Assembly (NCBI GenBank): GCA_043228905.1 | Contig: JBHGNT010001326.1 | Location: 1 to 9,800, forward strand | DNA from: Azolla caroliniana | Taxonomy: Eukaryota; Plantae; Polypodiophyta | Length of the DNA stretch: 9,800 bases | Reading direction: 5' to 3' | Shown here: one piece after another, positions 1-8,283 of the stretch | Position numbering within the stretch: the first letter of the stretch is position 1 | Layout of the letters: the number at the start of each line of letters is the position of its first letter | Translations under genes and position numbers: made by a program | The notes under the pieces: generated by a model | Seen by the model: the letters and a program-made list of their open reading frames with translations, nothing else | Databases searched by the model: none | Told to the model about the DNA's origin: nothing

Positions 1-75
1 CTTCTTGTCACTTGGGACACACTTTTGTGTGTGTCAAAAGTAAGTGTTTGCGCAAAACTAATGGTTTATGATGTT

Positions 76-239
76 CACACACACACCCTCCCTCGTGTCG
101 ATGACGACGACTCTCTACCATCTTTTCCGATATACCGTTGGCTTATTACCAGTATCACACACACACACCCTCCCTCGTGTCGATGACAACGACTCTCTAC
201 CATCTTTTCCGATATACCGTTGGCTTATTACTAGTATCA
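76..239. repeat. Tandem direct duplication, 2 x 82 bp, 2 mismatches
   Basis: 76-157 and 158-239 both read CACACACACACCCTCCCTCGTGTCGATGAC(G/A)ACGACTCTCTACCATCTTTTCCGATATACCGTTGGCTTATTAC(C/T)AGTATCA. Confidence 0.97.
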
Positions 240-1350
240 TCCATCGGGTTTGCGGAAATGAGAGATTCGAAATACTTACTCCCCCCCCCCCCCGAATCGT
301 TCGACTTGTGGGTCCACTTCTCGTGTTTGCATGATTATAATTAACATCACTCCGATGTCAAACAAAATGAACACACACTAGAGGCTTCTCGCCTCTACTT
401 TCACACCCACCTAGAGGTTGGATTCACACTCATCCACTAACCGGCAAAGGCCGCAAATACACGACTAATTTATAGCTACCAATGCATTTCCCAAGAAATT
501 TAGTCATAAGGAATGAATCATTCAATTGCACATATAATACATGCACATGGTGGTACAACGCATGAGCCTAGAAACATTACCACACAACCCGGGCATTATC
601 TCTACATGAGAATCATTGATGAGCCAATCAAATGATAACGACCTTCTTCCTTAAAATTACCTTACCAAAATGATCCAATTATTACGACTTTATTCCCCCA
701 TTTTTTACATGTGTGATTGACTAAATATGACCATTTACTCGACCCAATCATTATCTCTTGAATTACTCCAAATTATTTTAGAAATCATGCATTAAGACGC
801 CGAAAGAGTATTTAGGTATGATTCAAACCTTAGAAAATAGAAGCATCATCAAAGCAAACGATGGGGCATGGCATTCATGTATTCAAGTAGATTAACTAGT
901 GTATAATACACACGCAATTGAGAAGGCAACACCATCATATTATTACCTTGGAAAGACGGTGAAAGTACCATATGTCTGGCACTTGATAACATTGCAAAAA
1001 AGTAGCCACACTATTTTTTCATACTACCATATATGATACCTTCATCTTAGTCTAATTCGCATGGAGAAGAAGACTTTGCCAATTCTAGAGTAAATCATGT
1101 CCATGAAATATCAAAGCTTCACGTATCTCTTCACATTGTTGTGCTGACTAGCTTGAATCTCCACTACATGTTATATTTGGGTTTTAACTTTGAACTGCAG
1201 ATGCTTTGCATGTGCATGAAATTTTACATTCCTTGGAATATCCAAGGCAATTTAACAATGGGATGAGCAAATCATATTGTTTTTTCCAAAATCCTTCATA
1301 CTGCAATTTGACATCCTTCATTGTGGTACTAAAAGCATCTCCATGTTCAT

Positions 1351-1433
1351 TCAACTTCAAAACTCAGGTAGCTAATCAATTGCTTCTTGCATATCAACTT
1401 CAAAACTCTGGTCATTAATAAATTGCTTCTTGC
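1351..1433. repeat. Tandem duplication, 43-bp period, 2 copies
   Basis: TCAACTTCAAAACTCAGGTAGCTAATCAATTGCTTCTTGC (1351-1390) vs TCAACTTCAAAACTCTGGTCATTAATAAATTGCTTCTTGC (1394-1433); 5 mismatches in 40. Confidence 0.9.
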
Positions 1434-1844
1434 GTGCAAGATACACTTGAAGATCTTGAATCCATAGATGAATGTGGCATATTGGAGATCCATTTTCAAG
1501 CTATTGATATGGTGGGAGATAAGAAGAGCTTCCCCTATTTATGCTGAAATTAGTAGATCCTCCTTGACTACATTTTTTGAAACAATTCCCTAGCAGAATG
1601 ATTTAATGAACAGATGATGTATTATTCATTTGGTTCTTCGACAATTGAAGATTTTTTAAATAAAGCAGTGTGACTCATGCAACCCTTCGACAAATGCAAT
1701 TGGAGAACACAAAAACAATTTCAGTCATTATACACATACAGTATCATGTAAATTGTTAGTAAGTTTAGAATATAAAAATACATTCAGCTCTCAAATAGGA
1801 GATGAATATAAAGTCCAGACTGGTTCATGTTGTAAAAAGACCTT

Positions 1845-2144
1845 TTAACTATGGGGTCTTTTACTACCAGAAAGGCTAAAAGTAACTTTCCTAGAACTAT
1901 CGTGGTCCATGTGTTGTGATGTTGTTGGAGGTGGCATGCCATTTCTTTCGGAAGAAGTAGTGGGTGTGTGACTTGCACCACCATCATCTCCTTCAACCTC
2001 ATCTATATTCTTCATTTGTAGCGCTGCAATTTGATAATTCGGTGCTACAAGCATATCTTGCTCTGGAGGCAATGCAATACTTGGTCCACTAATAGCCTTT
2101 GGCAAGGGTATACTATTCCTCACCCTAGCCAGTTCCATTAATAC
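1845..2144 (-). CDS. TAF9: TAF9 coding exon 2 (conserved C-terminal region and low-complexity tail), 99 aa plus stop
   Basis: Acceptor ...gtacAG|GTA TTA ATG GAA at 2145/2144 gives [39 protein letters not shown], the canonical continuation after PPPRE in plant TAF9 (VLLELAxxRNxIPLPK...LPPEQD.L..PNYQ). Ends [17 protein letters not shown](1847-1845), similar to the plant TAF9 C-terminal VSFPL..KRP motif. Confidence 0.95.
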   Translation of the reverse strand, partial: VLMELARVRNSIPLPKAISGPSIALPPEQDMLVAPNYQIAALQMKNIDEVEGDDGGASHTPTTSSERNGMPPPTTSQHMDHDSSRKVTFSLSGSKRPHS

Positions 2145-2757
2145 CTGTACTTTTTGTCAAGGTCAAGAAAAAAGAAAAAGAAAATTTAACTCCATTAATA
2201 TTCTTTCTTTGTCAAGGCCAAACAGGGGACCAAAAAAACAAAAAAAAACAGAATTAAACTCCATAAAAAACAAAGATGGCTCAGACAAACCAGTGACTTA
2301 ACAGCTACCCATGAACTAATACAAGGGCTTAGCACAAGGTAATATCCTCTATAAGAAAGGAAATTGTGAGTGGCCATATGTCTACACTCCCATAATGCTT
2401 TTAAAGCCTTACCCTGACTCTAGGACCAGAAGCTACCAATTTGAACAATACCCTTGGCACAAACCCACCACAATCTGTATTTCCACAAAAACAATGATTA
2501 CATTCTGAATGGTACAAGGTCAATTTTACATAGCTCTGTATTTTCCTTTTTAAGTTTTGTTTATAGAGTCTGAAATCTACTATTGTAAGAATTTGAAGAG
2601 ATGATTGTGCTACCAATCCACAACAATAATAAATATTTCGATGTGTAAGATGACAAGTCATCTCCTTTCCCTTAATTCCACATCCTTAAGTGCACTAGCT
2701 AAAGCAAAAAAAAACACTTAGGGCAGGTAAATTTACTACTGTGTCATTTCTATGCAT

Positions 2758-2771
2758 CCCCCCCCCCCCCC
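2758..2771. repeat. Poly-C run (C14) in the TAF9 intron; similar runs at 281-293 (C13) and 9652-9661 (C10)
   Basis: Direct reading. Confidence 0.85.
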
Positions 2772-2912
2772 AAACCACGGTTCAAATTAATGAGTCTGAG
2801 TATCACAGTCTGTTACAATGCTCCCAGTTCAATCAGATTCACTTGCTTTCTCCACATTTGCAGGCGGAGCCTATCCTTGCACGCAACTAATTCTCAGTCA
2901 TAATTTTCATGA

Positions 2913-2929
2913 TCTCTCTCTCTCTCTCT
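2913..2929. repeat. (TC)8 microsatellite in the TAF9 intron
   Basis: Direct reading. Confidence 0.9.
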
Positions 2930-3119
2930 GACATTGTGGCTTACATCTTAGTAACCAAAAAGAAGGAAATTTAAGAAAAAACCCAAGTTTGATCTTCACA
3001 GTGGCTCGACCCAGACCACAAAGTAGACATTATGCATCTTCCTGGGCATCAATTTATCTATCTATCTCTCCGTCGAAACAAAAACAGGGAAAGGGGAACA
3101 GCGATGAAGTGTAAAATAC

Positions 3120-3416
3120 CTCTCTGGGCGGTGGCTGGGAGAAGGAGGAGCCACCAGAGGTCCGAGCTTGAATGGCGAGCTTCAGATCGTCAGAATCAAT
3201 GGACGGCTTACCGGCGTGCTCCGAGTAGAGCTGGGCATCCCCTAGGACCTCCACGACATAGCGATACCAGAAGTCGAGGAATTGATGAACGACACGAGGC
3301 TCATGTTGCTTCACGCCCATCGACCTCAGAATGCTCTTCACAAGCTTCGCATCCTTTGGAAGATCCGTCTCCACCTCTTCTTCGTCCCCGTCTTCACCTT
3401 CCTCGGAACCCCCCAT
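3120..3416 (-). CDS. TAF9: TATA-binding protein-associated factor 9 (TFIID subunit 9), coding exon 1 (histone-fold domain), 99 aa
   Basis: Translation [99 protein letters not shown] matches the TAF9 histone-fold consensus (LPxDA...ILxSMGV..EPRV..QFL...YRY...VL.DA..YS.HAGK..ID.DD..LAIQ...SFSQPPPRE). ATG at 3416 lies in a strong GCCATGG context; the ORF-track start at 3512 is TTG. Donor GAG|GTATTT at 3120/3119. Confidence 0.96.
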
Positions 3417-3484
3417 GGCCTCCTCCTCTCTGTCTCCTCTCTCAACTCTGTTTCTTCTTCCTCCTCCTCTTCTTCTTCTTCTTC
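3417..3484 (-). repeat. GAA/GAG purine-rich simple repeat in the probable TAF9 5' UTR
   Basis: + strand TTCTTCTTCCTCCTCCTCTTCTTCTTCTTCTTC (~3452-3484) and TCCTCCTCTCTGTCTCCTCTCTC directly upstream of the ATG. Confidence 0.7.
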
Positions 3485-3741
3485 CAGTTGGAGAGGCTCT
3501 GTTCTGTTCCAAAGGTTCAGGAGTTGTGGGTTCAAATCCTGATTATGCACTCAGCAGCTGCTATATCTATGTAGTATGTACTATTATTTACTACTAGACA
3601 TACAATACACTACTACATAAGAATAACTTCATCATCTACATACTCTACCAATGTAATATGAATGTTGTGTATATATATATGTTTATATATCCTTCTCTAT
3701 CTAGGCTTCCCTCGGAAGCACTTTTGGCCTCTTTTTGTTGT

Positions 3742-4165
3742 TCACAGTGCACACGCTTGACTCTTTGTCCGGATGCCGCTCCGTGTTGTTACCTCTTCAT
3801 CGCCGATTTGATTGTAAAGGACCATCTGACTTCTTCATATCAATGCCATACGTCCGCACCGACACTTGCGGTGTGTGAAACCATTGGTGGTCGTATGGAT
3901 ATGAGGAAAGGCAAAGGACTTCTTCACCTTCCTTAATTGATTCACCACAACCATCAAATATTTTATAGACCGTGTCCAAGTCCTCGCATTGGATATATAA
4001 GAACTCCCGTCTCGTCCAGGTTTTAAAGCTAAAGAGTCGACCGAATTCAATCCTTGCATGAATTTCTTTCACAGTCATAGTGTGCGCTCTTGATTTGCAA
4101 CATTCATTAGTAGAGTTCTTGATCATCCAAGCTACTCACTTCACATGCATTGCGTGAATTTTTGT
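3742..4165 (-). pseudogene. Decayed PLS-PPR gene fragment
   Basis: PPR-like remnants in shifting frames with stops: TKIHAMHVK*, KEIHARIEFGRL (cf. QEIHAEIERRGL), LYIQCEDLDTVYKIFD (cf. MYAKCGQLDKALNIFE), CGESIKEGEEVL, VLYNQIGDEEV...SQACAL* (cf. ALYQQMQIDSV...LKACTKL). Alignment by eye only. Confidence 0.45.
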
Positions 4166-4204
4166 CTCATAGGTCATATTTAACCTTGAACGCGATAATC
4201 AAAT

Positions 4205-4224
4205 TCTCTCTCTCTCTCTCTCTC
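4205..4224. repeat. (TC)10 microsatellite
   Basis: Direct reading. Confidence 0.92.
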
Positions 4225-4650
4225 AATGTTTTTGCACCATGATGCATTTGGATGTGCGTCCACATGCTCAATCTTAAGTACACCTAGGGATAGTGGGGCA
4301 AATGATTTCGTTCATGAAGGTTTGGTTTGTGTTAACAAATTCTTGTTCTCTCTACTTATGTCTTGGAGTTCAGTAGCCTAAAAATACACCATGATTGATA
4401 TCCCCCCCAATTGATGAAATACAAAACCCATATCGTAGCAATGTTTTTCCTTTCTTTGGTCATCTTCATATTGGAGAGACCTGACTCAACAAAAGTTTTT
4501 GTTGATGCTCATCGAGTTAGTAAGAAGTTAACATTGTGGATTCAACCATTCATTGTTTAGTTTGAGATTGAGACACACAAAAATATTGTTTCTAAAAAAA
4601 GATCTCACAACATTGACATTGATTTTTTTTTACAATAAAAATAATAGCAT

Positions 4651-4969
4651 TTTTTGGGGTCACAAACCATGATTCGGGAGCCCCAAGCAAGGTTTTTGGG
4701 TCCCAATATGTGGTTCGGGGCCTCAAGCAACTCACAAACCATGATTTAATTATGAAACATGATTTAGAGACCCCCAACGGGGTTTTTGGGTCACAAAAGG
4801 TGATTCAAGAACCCCAAGCAAGGCGTTTGTTACAGAACATGATTAGGGAACCCAAGCAGGGTGTTTGGGTCACAAAATGGGATTCACGGACCCCAAGTAG
4901 AGTTTTCAGGTCATATAACGTGATTCAGGGACCCCAACTGGGGTTTTTGGATCACTAACCGTGATTCGG
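4651..4969. repeat. Degenerate ~40-bp minisatellite (~9 units, some partial) with internal inverted repeats
   Basis: Consensus approx. TTTTTGGGTCACAAAACGTGATTCAGGGACCCCAAGCAGGG; units begin near 4651, 4693, 4731 (partial), 4750 (partial), 4783, 4825, 4863, 4903, 4944. Confidence 0.88.
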
Positions 4970-5264
4970 TCACTGTTTGTGAACCCTAAACCGGTTGTCT
5001 TAGGTGAGCCATGGTTTGAGCTTGTGGAGATAAAATACAATTAGAATAGTAGCATCGTCAAAGGGATGCAAGAATATTCCTTACAATACGACATGATGTA
5101 AATTGGGGTAGTGTTGCTCCAGATTTAGGTAGGCCAATCTGATGTAAATGGGGCTAGAGCTTCTTTCCTTAAACCAAAGACCAGGCTCACATAAACCATA
5201 TTTTCACCATCAATTATATCCAATCCAAGACCGAAGAACATGCAGCTTCCTTTAGAAACATGTC

Positions 5265-5292
5265 TCACATGCCTTGTAAATTCTTCTTGCTC
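5265..5292 (-). CDS. Putative terminal coding exon of the PPR gene (adds SKKNLQGM*)
   Basis: After removing 5380..5293 the frame reads TC|G AGC AAG AAG AAT TTA CAA GGC ATG TGA. Confidence 0.45.
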
Positions 5293-5380
5293 CTGGAGAA
5301 CAACAAACTGATCATCAAAATGTTAAATATGTGTGAAATCAATCATCATTACTACGTAAATCATCAATAGTTGGCCTTAC
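5293..5380 (-). other. Putative 88-nt GT-AG intron whose donor overlaps the PPR ORF stop codon
   Basis: Minus strand CAA TC|GTAAGG...AT-rich...TTTGTTGTTCTCCAG|GAG. Consensus GTAAG donor, pyrimidine-rich acceptor and typical short plant intron length. Confidence 0.55.
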
Positions 5381-8283
5381 GATTGAAACTCTTGCAATTC
5401 AACGCCAGAACAGATATGAGACATAAAGACATAGGCTATAGCATCCCTTTCATCCAAACCTACAGCTTCATCAAAGGCCTCTTTCCCACGCTTGAAATTT
5501 CCACACTTTTGACAGGCAGCTAATATTGTTTGCCAAATTACAACATTCGGAAGACCCGGCATCTTCCTTATCATTTCTATTGCCTTATCGACTTGGCCAA
5601 TACGACCAAGGAGGTCAACCATACAAGCACGGTGCTGAAGCATTGGAGGTACACCATATTCTTTGCTCATTGATTCAAAGAACCTTTCACTTTCATGTGA
5701 CAGACCAACACGACTACATGCAGCTAGAATAACAATAAAAGTAACTGAATCTGGCTTTATACCCTCCTCTAGCATTGTATCAAATATAGACACTACTTTT
5801 TCACATTCACCAATCTGGGCATATCCCACCATAAGAATGGTTCTTGACACTACGTTCCGCAACGGAAGTTTGTCAAATACTTTTTGTGCTAAGTCAAGCC
5901 AGCCACATTTGGAGTATAAACTAACCAATGAGTTGCCAAGAATAAGATCCCTTTCTAGCAATCCTTGTCTTTCAATTTCAGTATGTATTTCACCAGCTTT
6001 GTCCAGAGCTCCAACTTTTCCACAAGCATTTAACCCACAAACAAGTGTGGCGGGACTCAAGGAAACACCCTCAATTTGCATTTGTTCAAGACATGAGAGA
6101 GCTTCCTCGGCGTATTCATGTTCAGCATATCCAGCAATTAATGCATTCCATGAGACTACATCTCGAACTTGAAGCTCCTCAAAAATATTAAGTGCTTTAT
6201 CGAGCTGACCACATTTTGCATACATATTCACTAGAGTGTTGCCAATTACAATGTCCTTTTCTAACCATCCCTGTTTTTCTATTTCAGCATATATTTCTTC
6301 ACCTTTGCTGAGATTTTGAATGGAGCTACATGCATTCAAACAAGAGATGAGAGTAACAATATCTGGCTGAGCATTTTCAACCCTCATTTTCTGAAAATAC
6401 TCAAGTGCTTTCTCATTGTGCCCACATTCAATATACCCTGAAATTAATGCATTCCATGAAATTGTGTTCCTAACAGGAAGCATATGAAACAGATGTTGTG
6501 CTTCAAAATGTGACCCAAATGTGGCATACATCGAGACTAATGTATTACCGACAGCAATGTCTGTTTCAACTAGGCCTCGCCTTTCAATTTCTGCGTGTAT
6601 TTCTTGCCCTTTCCCTAATCCTATTCTACTACAACAAGCTCTTAAACTGCAGAGAAATGAGACAGAATCTGGAGACACACCTTCAATTTCCATGTGTTCA
6701 TAACAGCTGATTGCTTCTTCACTGAACTCGTGTTCCATGTATCCTGATATGAGTACATTCCATGAGACCACATCTCGAATAGGAAGTGCCTCAAGCAATT
6801 CATGCGCAGCCGTAAGAAAACAACATTTAGCATACATATTAATCAAAGCATTACCAACGATAAGCTCTCTTTCCAATAATCCATTTCTTTCAACCTCAGC
6901 ATGAATTTCTTGGCCCCTTTCTATAGCTTGAATGTTGCCACACGCTTTCAACGTGCAAATGTAAGTGACTGCTTCAGCAGGAACACCCTGACATTGCATT
7001 TGCTCAAAGCACTGGAGCGCTTCTTCATCTTGACCATGTTCAGTATATCCTGTAATTAATGCATTCCATGCAGCCACATTTTGGACTGGTAGTCCATCAA
7101 ACACTTCTTGTGCTTTTATAAGCAAACCAAATTTGACATACATATCCACCAAAACGCTGCCAAGTATAACATTTTTTCTGAGCAGTCCCTGTCTTTCAAT
7201 CTTATCATGTATTTCTTGGCCTTTCATTGTGGCTCCAATAGTGCTACAAAGTTTCAACATACAAACAAAGGTGTGAGCATCTGGAATGACACCATCACTT
7301 TGCATCTTTTCAAAATATCTAAGAGCTTGCTGAGTGTCCCCATTTTCAGCATGGCCTGAGATAAGAGATGTCCACGAGACTGCATCTTGAGCTGAAAGCA
7401 TGTCAAATACTGTTTTTGCAACACCAATATATCCACATTTAGCATACATATCTATCAATGCATTGCCAACAACAACATCATTGATTGATAACCCTTGGCT
7501 TATGATTTCAACATGTATCTTCTGCCCATTCACAATATCTCTCATGCTAGTACAAGCTTTCAAGCTGCAAATATATGTAACAGTATTAGGAAAAACACCC
7601 TCAAGCTTCATTTGTTCTAGACATGTAAGTGCTTCCTCACAATCCCCATGTTCAACATATCCTGTAACTAATGAAGTCCAAGCAACAACATGTTGCACTG
7701 GAAGACAATAAAATACTTCTTTTGCCATTGCCAGTGAGCCACATTTCGAATATAAGGCAACCACCGCACTGCCAACAAAGATATTGCTAGCGAAAAAACC
7801 TCTTCTGGCAACTTCTATGTGTATTTGCAAACCTAATTGAAGATCCTTCAGCTTTGTACAAGCCTTCAACAATCCCACAAATACATGTGCAGAAGGATGT
7901 ACAGAATCTATTTGCATCTGTTGATACAGTGCCAGAGCAAGTTCTGGATTTCCAGAATTGATGTAGCCTCTCATAAGAGAATTCCAGGACCATTCACTTC
8001 TATGACTGAGTCCATCAAATACCTTTTGAGCCTCATCCATGATTCCGAAATCTGCCAACAAAGAAACCATATAATTTCCCAACAATTTATCGGATTGAAG
8101 TCCATTTTTTTTCATGTAAGAATGCATCCGTAAGGCACCATCTCGGTTCCTTAAATTGCTGCATTTATGCAAAAGGCAGGATAAGTCTTGAATGGATGGC
8201 TTAGGCAACAAGTTTCCTTCCAATGAAACCAGGGCCTCGTTTAAGCTAATGATCTTCCAGTTACCAAAAGCAACCTTCTTCAT
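5377..8283 (-). CDS. PLS-class pentatricopeptide repeat protein, E subgroup (26 PPR motifs + E1 + truncated E2, no DYW); putative organellar RNA-editing specificity factor
   Basis: Uninterrupted 968-aa ORF. Manual parse: 30-aa leader, L (aa31-65), S (66-96), 7 x [P 35 aa, L 36 aa, S 31 aa] (97-810), P2 (811-845), L2 (846-881), S2 (882-913), E1 (914-947: VVIWQTILAACQKCGNFKRGKEAFDEAVGLDERD), partial E2 (AIAYVFMSHI...). Recurrent WNALIxGY, LKAC, GQEIH and MYAKCG signatures. In-frame TAA at 8298-8296 just upstream of the ATG. Confidence 0.97.
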   Translation of the reverse strand: MKKVAFGNWKIISLNEALVSLEGNLLPKPSIQDLSCLLHKCSNLRNRDGALRMHSYMKKNGLQSDKLLGNYMVSLLADFGIMDEAQKVFDGLSHRSEWSWNSLMRGYINSGNPELALALYQQMQIDSVHPSAHVFVGLLKACTKLKDLQLGLQIHIEVARRGFFASNIFVGSAVVALYSKCGSLAMAKEVFYCLPVQHVVAWTSLVTGYVEHGDCEEALTCLEQMKLEGVFPNTVTYICSLKACTSMRDIVNGQKIHVEIISQGLSINDVVVGNALIDMYAKCGYIGVAKTVFDMLSAQDAVSWTSLISGHAENGDTQQALRYFEKMQSDGVIPDAHTFVCMLKLCSTIGATMKGQEIHDKIERQGLLRKNVILGSVLVDMYVKFGLLIKAQEVFDGLPVQNVAAWNALITGYTEHGQDEEALQCFEQMQCQGVPAEAVTYICTLKACGNIQAIERGQEIHAEVERNGLLERELIVGNALINMYAKCCFLTAAHELLEALPIRDVVSWNVLISGYMEHEFSEEAISCYEHMEIEGVSPDSVSFLCSLRACCSRIGLGKGQEIHAEIERRGLVETDIAVGNTLVSMYATFGSHFEAQHLFHMLPVRNTISWNALISGYIECGHNEKALEYFQKMRVENAQPDIVTLISCLNACSSIQNLSKGEEIYAEIEKQGWLEKDIVIGNTLVNMYAKCGQLDKALNIFEELQVRDVVSWNALIAGYAEHEYAEEALSCLEQMQIEGVSLSPATLVCGLNACGKVGALDKAGEIHTEIERQGLLERDLILGNSLVSLYSKCGWLDLAQKVFDKLPLRNVVSRTILMVGYAQIGECEKVVSIFDTMLEEGIKPDSVTFIVILAACSRVGLSHESERFFESMSKEYGVPPMLQHRACMVDLLGRIGQVDKAIEMIRKMPGLPNVVIWQTILAACQKCGNFKRGKEAFDEAVGLDERDAIAYVFMSHICSGVELQEFQS

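Larger units (their letters stand above)
2145..3119 (-). other. TAF9: TAF9 intron, 975 nt, GT-AG, phase 0
   Basis: GT at 3119-3118 and AG at 2146-2145, with a U-rich tract upstream of the acceptor (+ strand AAGAAAAAAGAAAAAGAAAA near 2165-2184). Splicing restores the conserved PPPRE|VL junction in frame. Confidence 0.93.

Noticed and set aside
9-46. Overlapping short inverted repeats (GACACAC/GTGTGTC, ACTTTTG/CAAAAGT)
   Set aside because: 7-bp arms in CA/TG-rich sequence at the window edge; cannot be distinguished from chance.
68-344. ORFs 68..334 and 138..344 with repeated peptide
   Set aside because: Translations of the 82-bp duplication (period not a multiple of 3) and the poly-C run.
1185-1345. 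Short open minus-strand stretch (…GFWKKQYDLLIPLLNCLGY…) faintly like a hAT dimerisation motif
   Set aside because: Too short and weak to support by eye; no other transposase motifs or TIRs.
3054-3119. ORF-track tail [21 protein letters not shown] of the TAF9 exon-1 ORF
   Set aside because: Read-through into the intron; homology resumes at 2144.
2145-3119. U12-type intron in TAF9 (CCTTGAC close to the acceptor)
   Set aside because: The donor is GTATTTTA, not the U12 consensus GTATCCTT, and a normal U-rich tract is present.
3338-3550. Minus-strand poly-Glu ORF as an overlapping uORF of TAF9, and the TTG-initiated N-terminal extension from 3512
   Set aside because: Starts are GTG and TTG; the poly-E and poly-R come from the GAA/GAG repeat; ATG 3416 has an optimal context and gives a normal-length TAF9.
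3032-3597. Plus-strand ORFs 3032..3574, 3282..3542 and 3331..3597
   Set aside because: Antisense shadows of GC-rich TAF9 exon 1 and its simple-repeat leader; low-complexity translations with no recognisable domain.
4651-4969. CRISPR-like array, and ORFs 4710..4958 + and 4592..4777 -
   Set aside because: Units are contiguous and degenerate with no unique spacers, no cas genes, and the context is eukaryotic; the ORFs are translations of the repeat.
4970-5376. Search for a detached E+/DYW exon downstream of the PPR ORF
   Set aside because: No PG/KP box, HSE or CxDC-like motif noticed by eye on the minus strand.
5526-8133. Short ORFs nested in or antisense to the PPR gene (e.g. 5663..6172 +, 7400..7711 +)
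   Set aside because: Expected off-frame by-products of a long repetitive CDS; no independent features.
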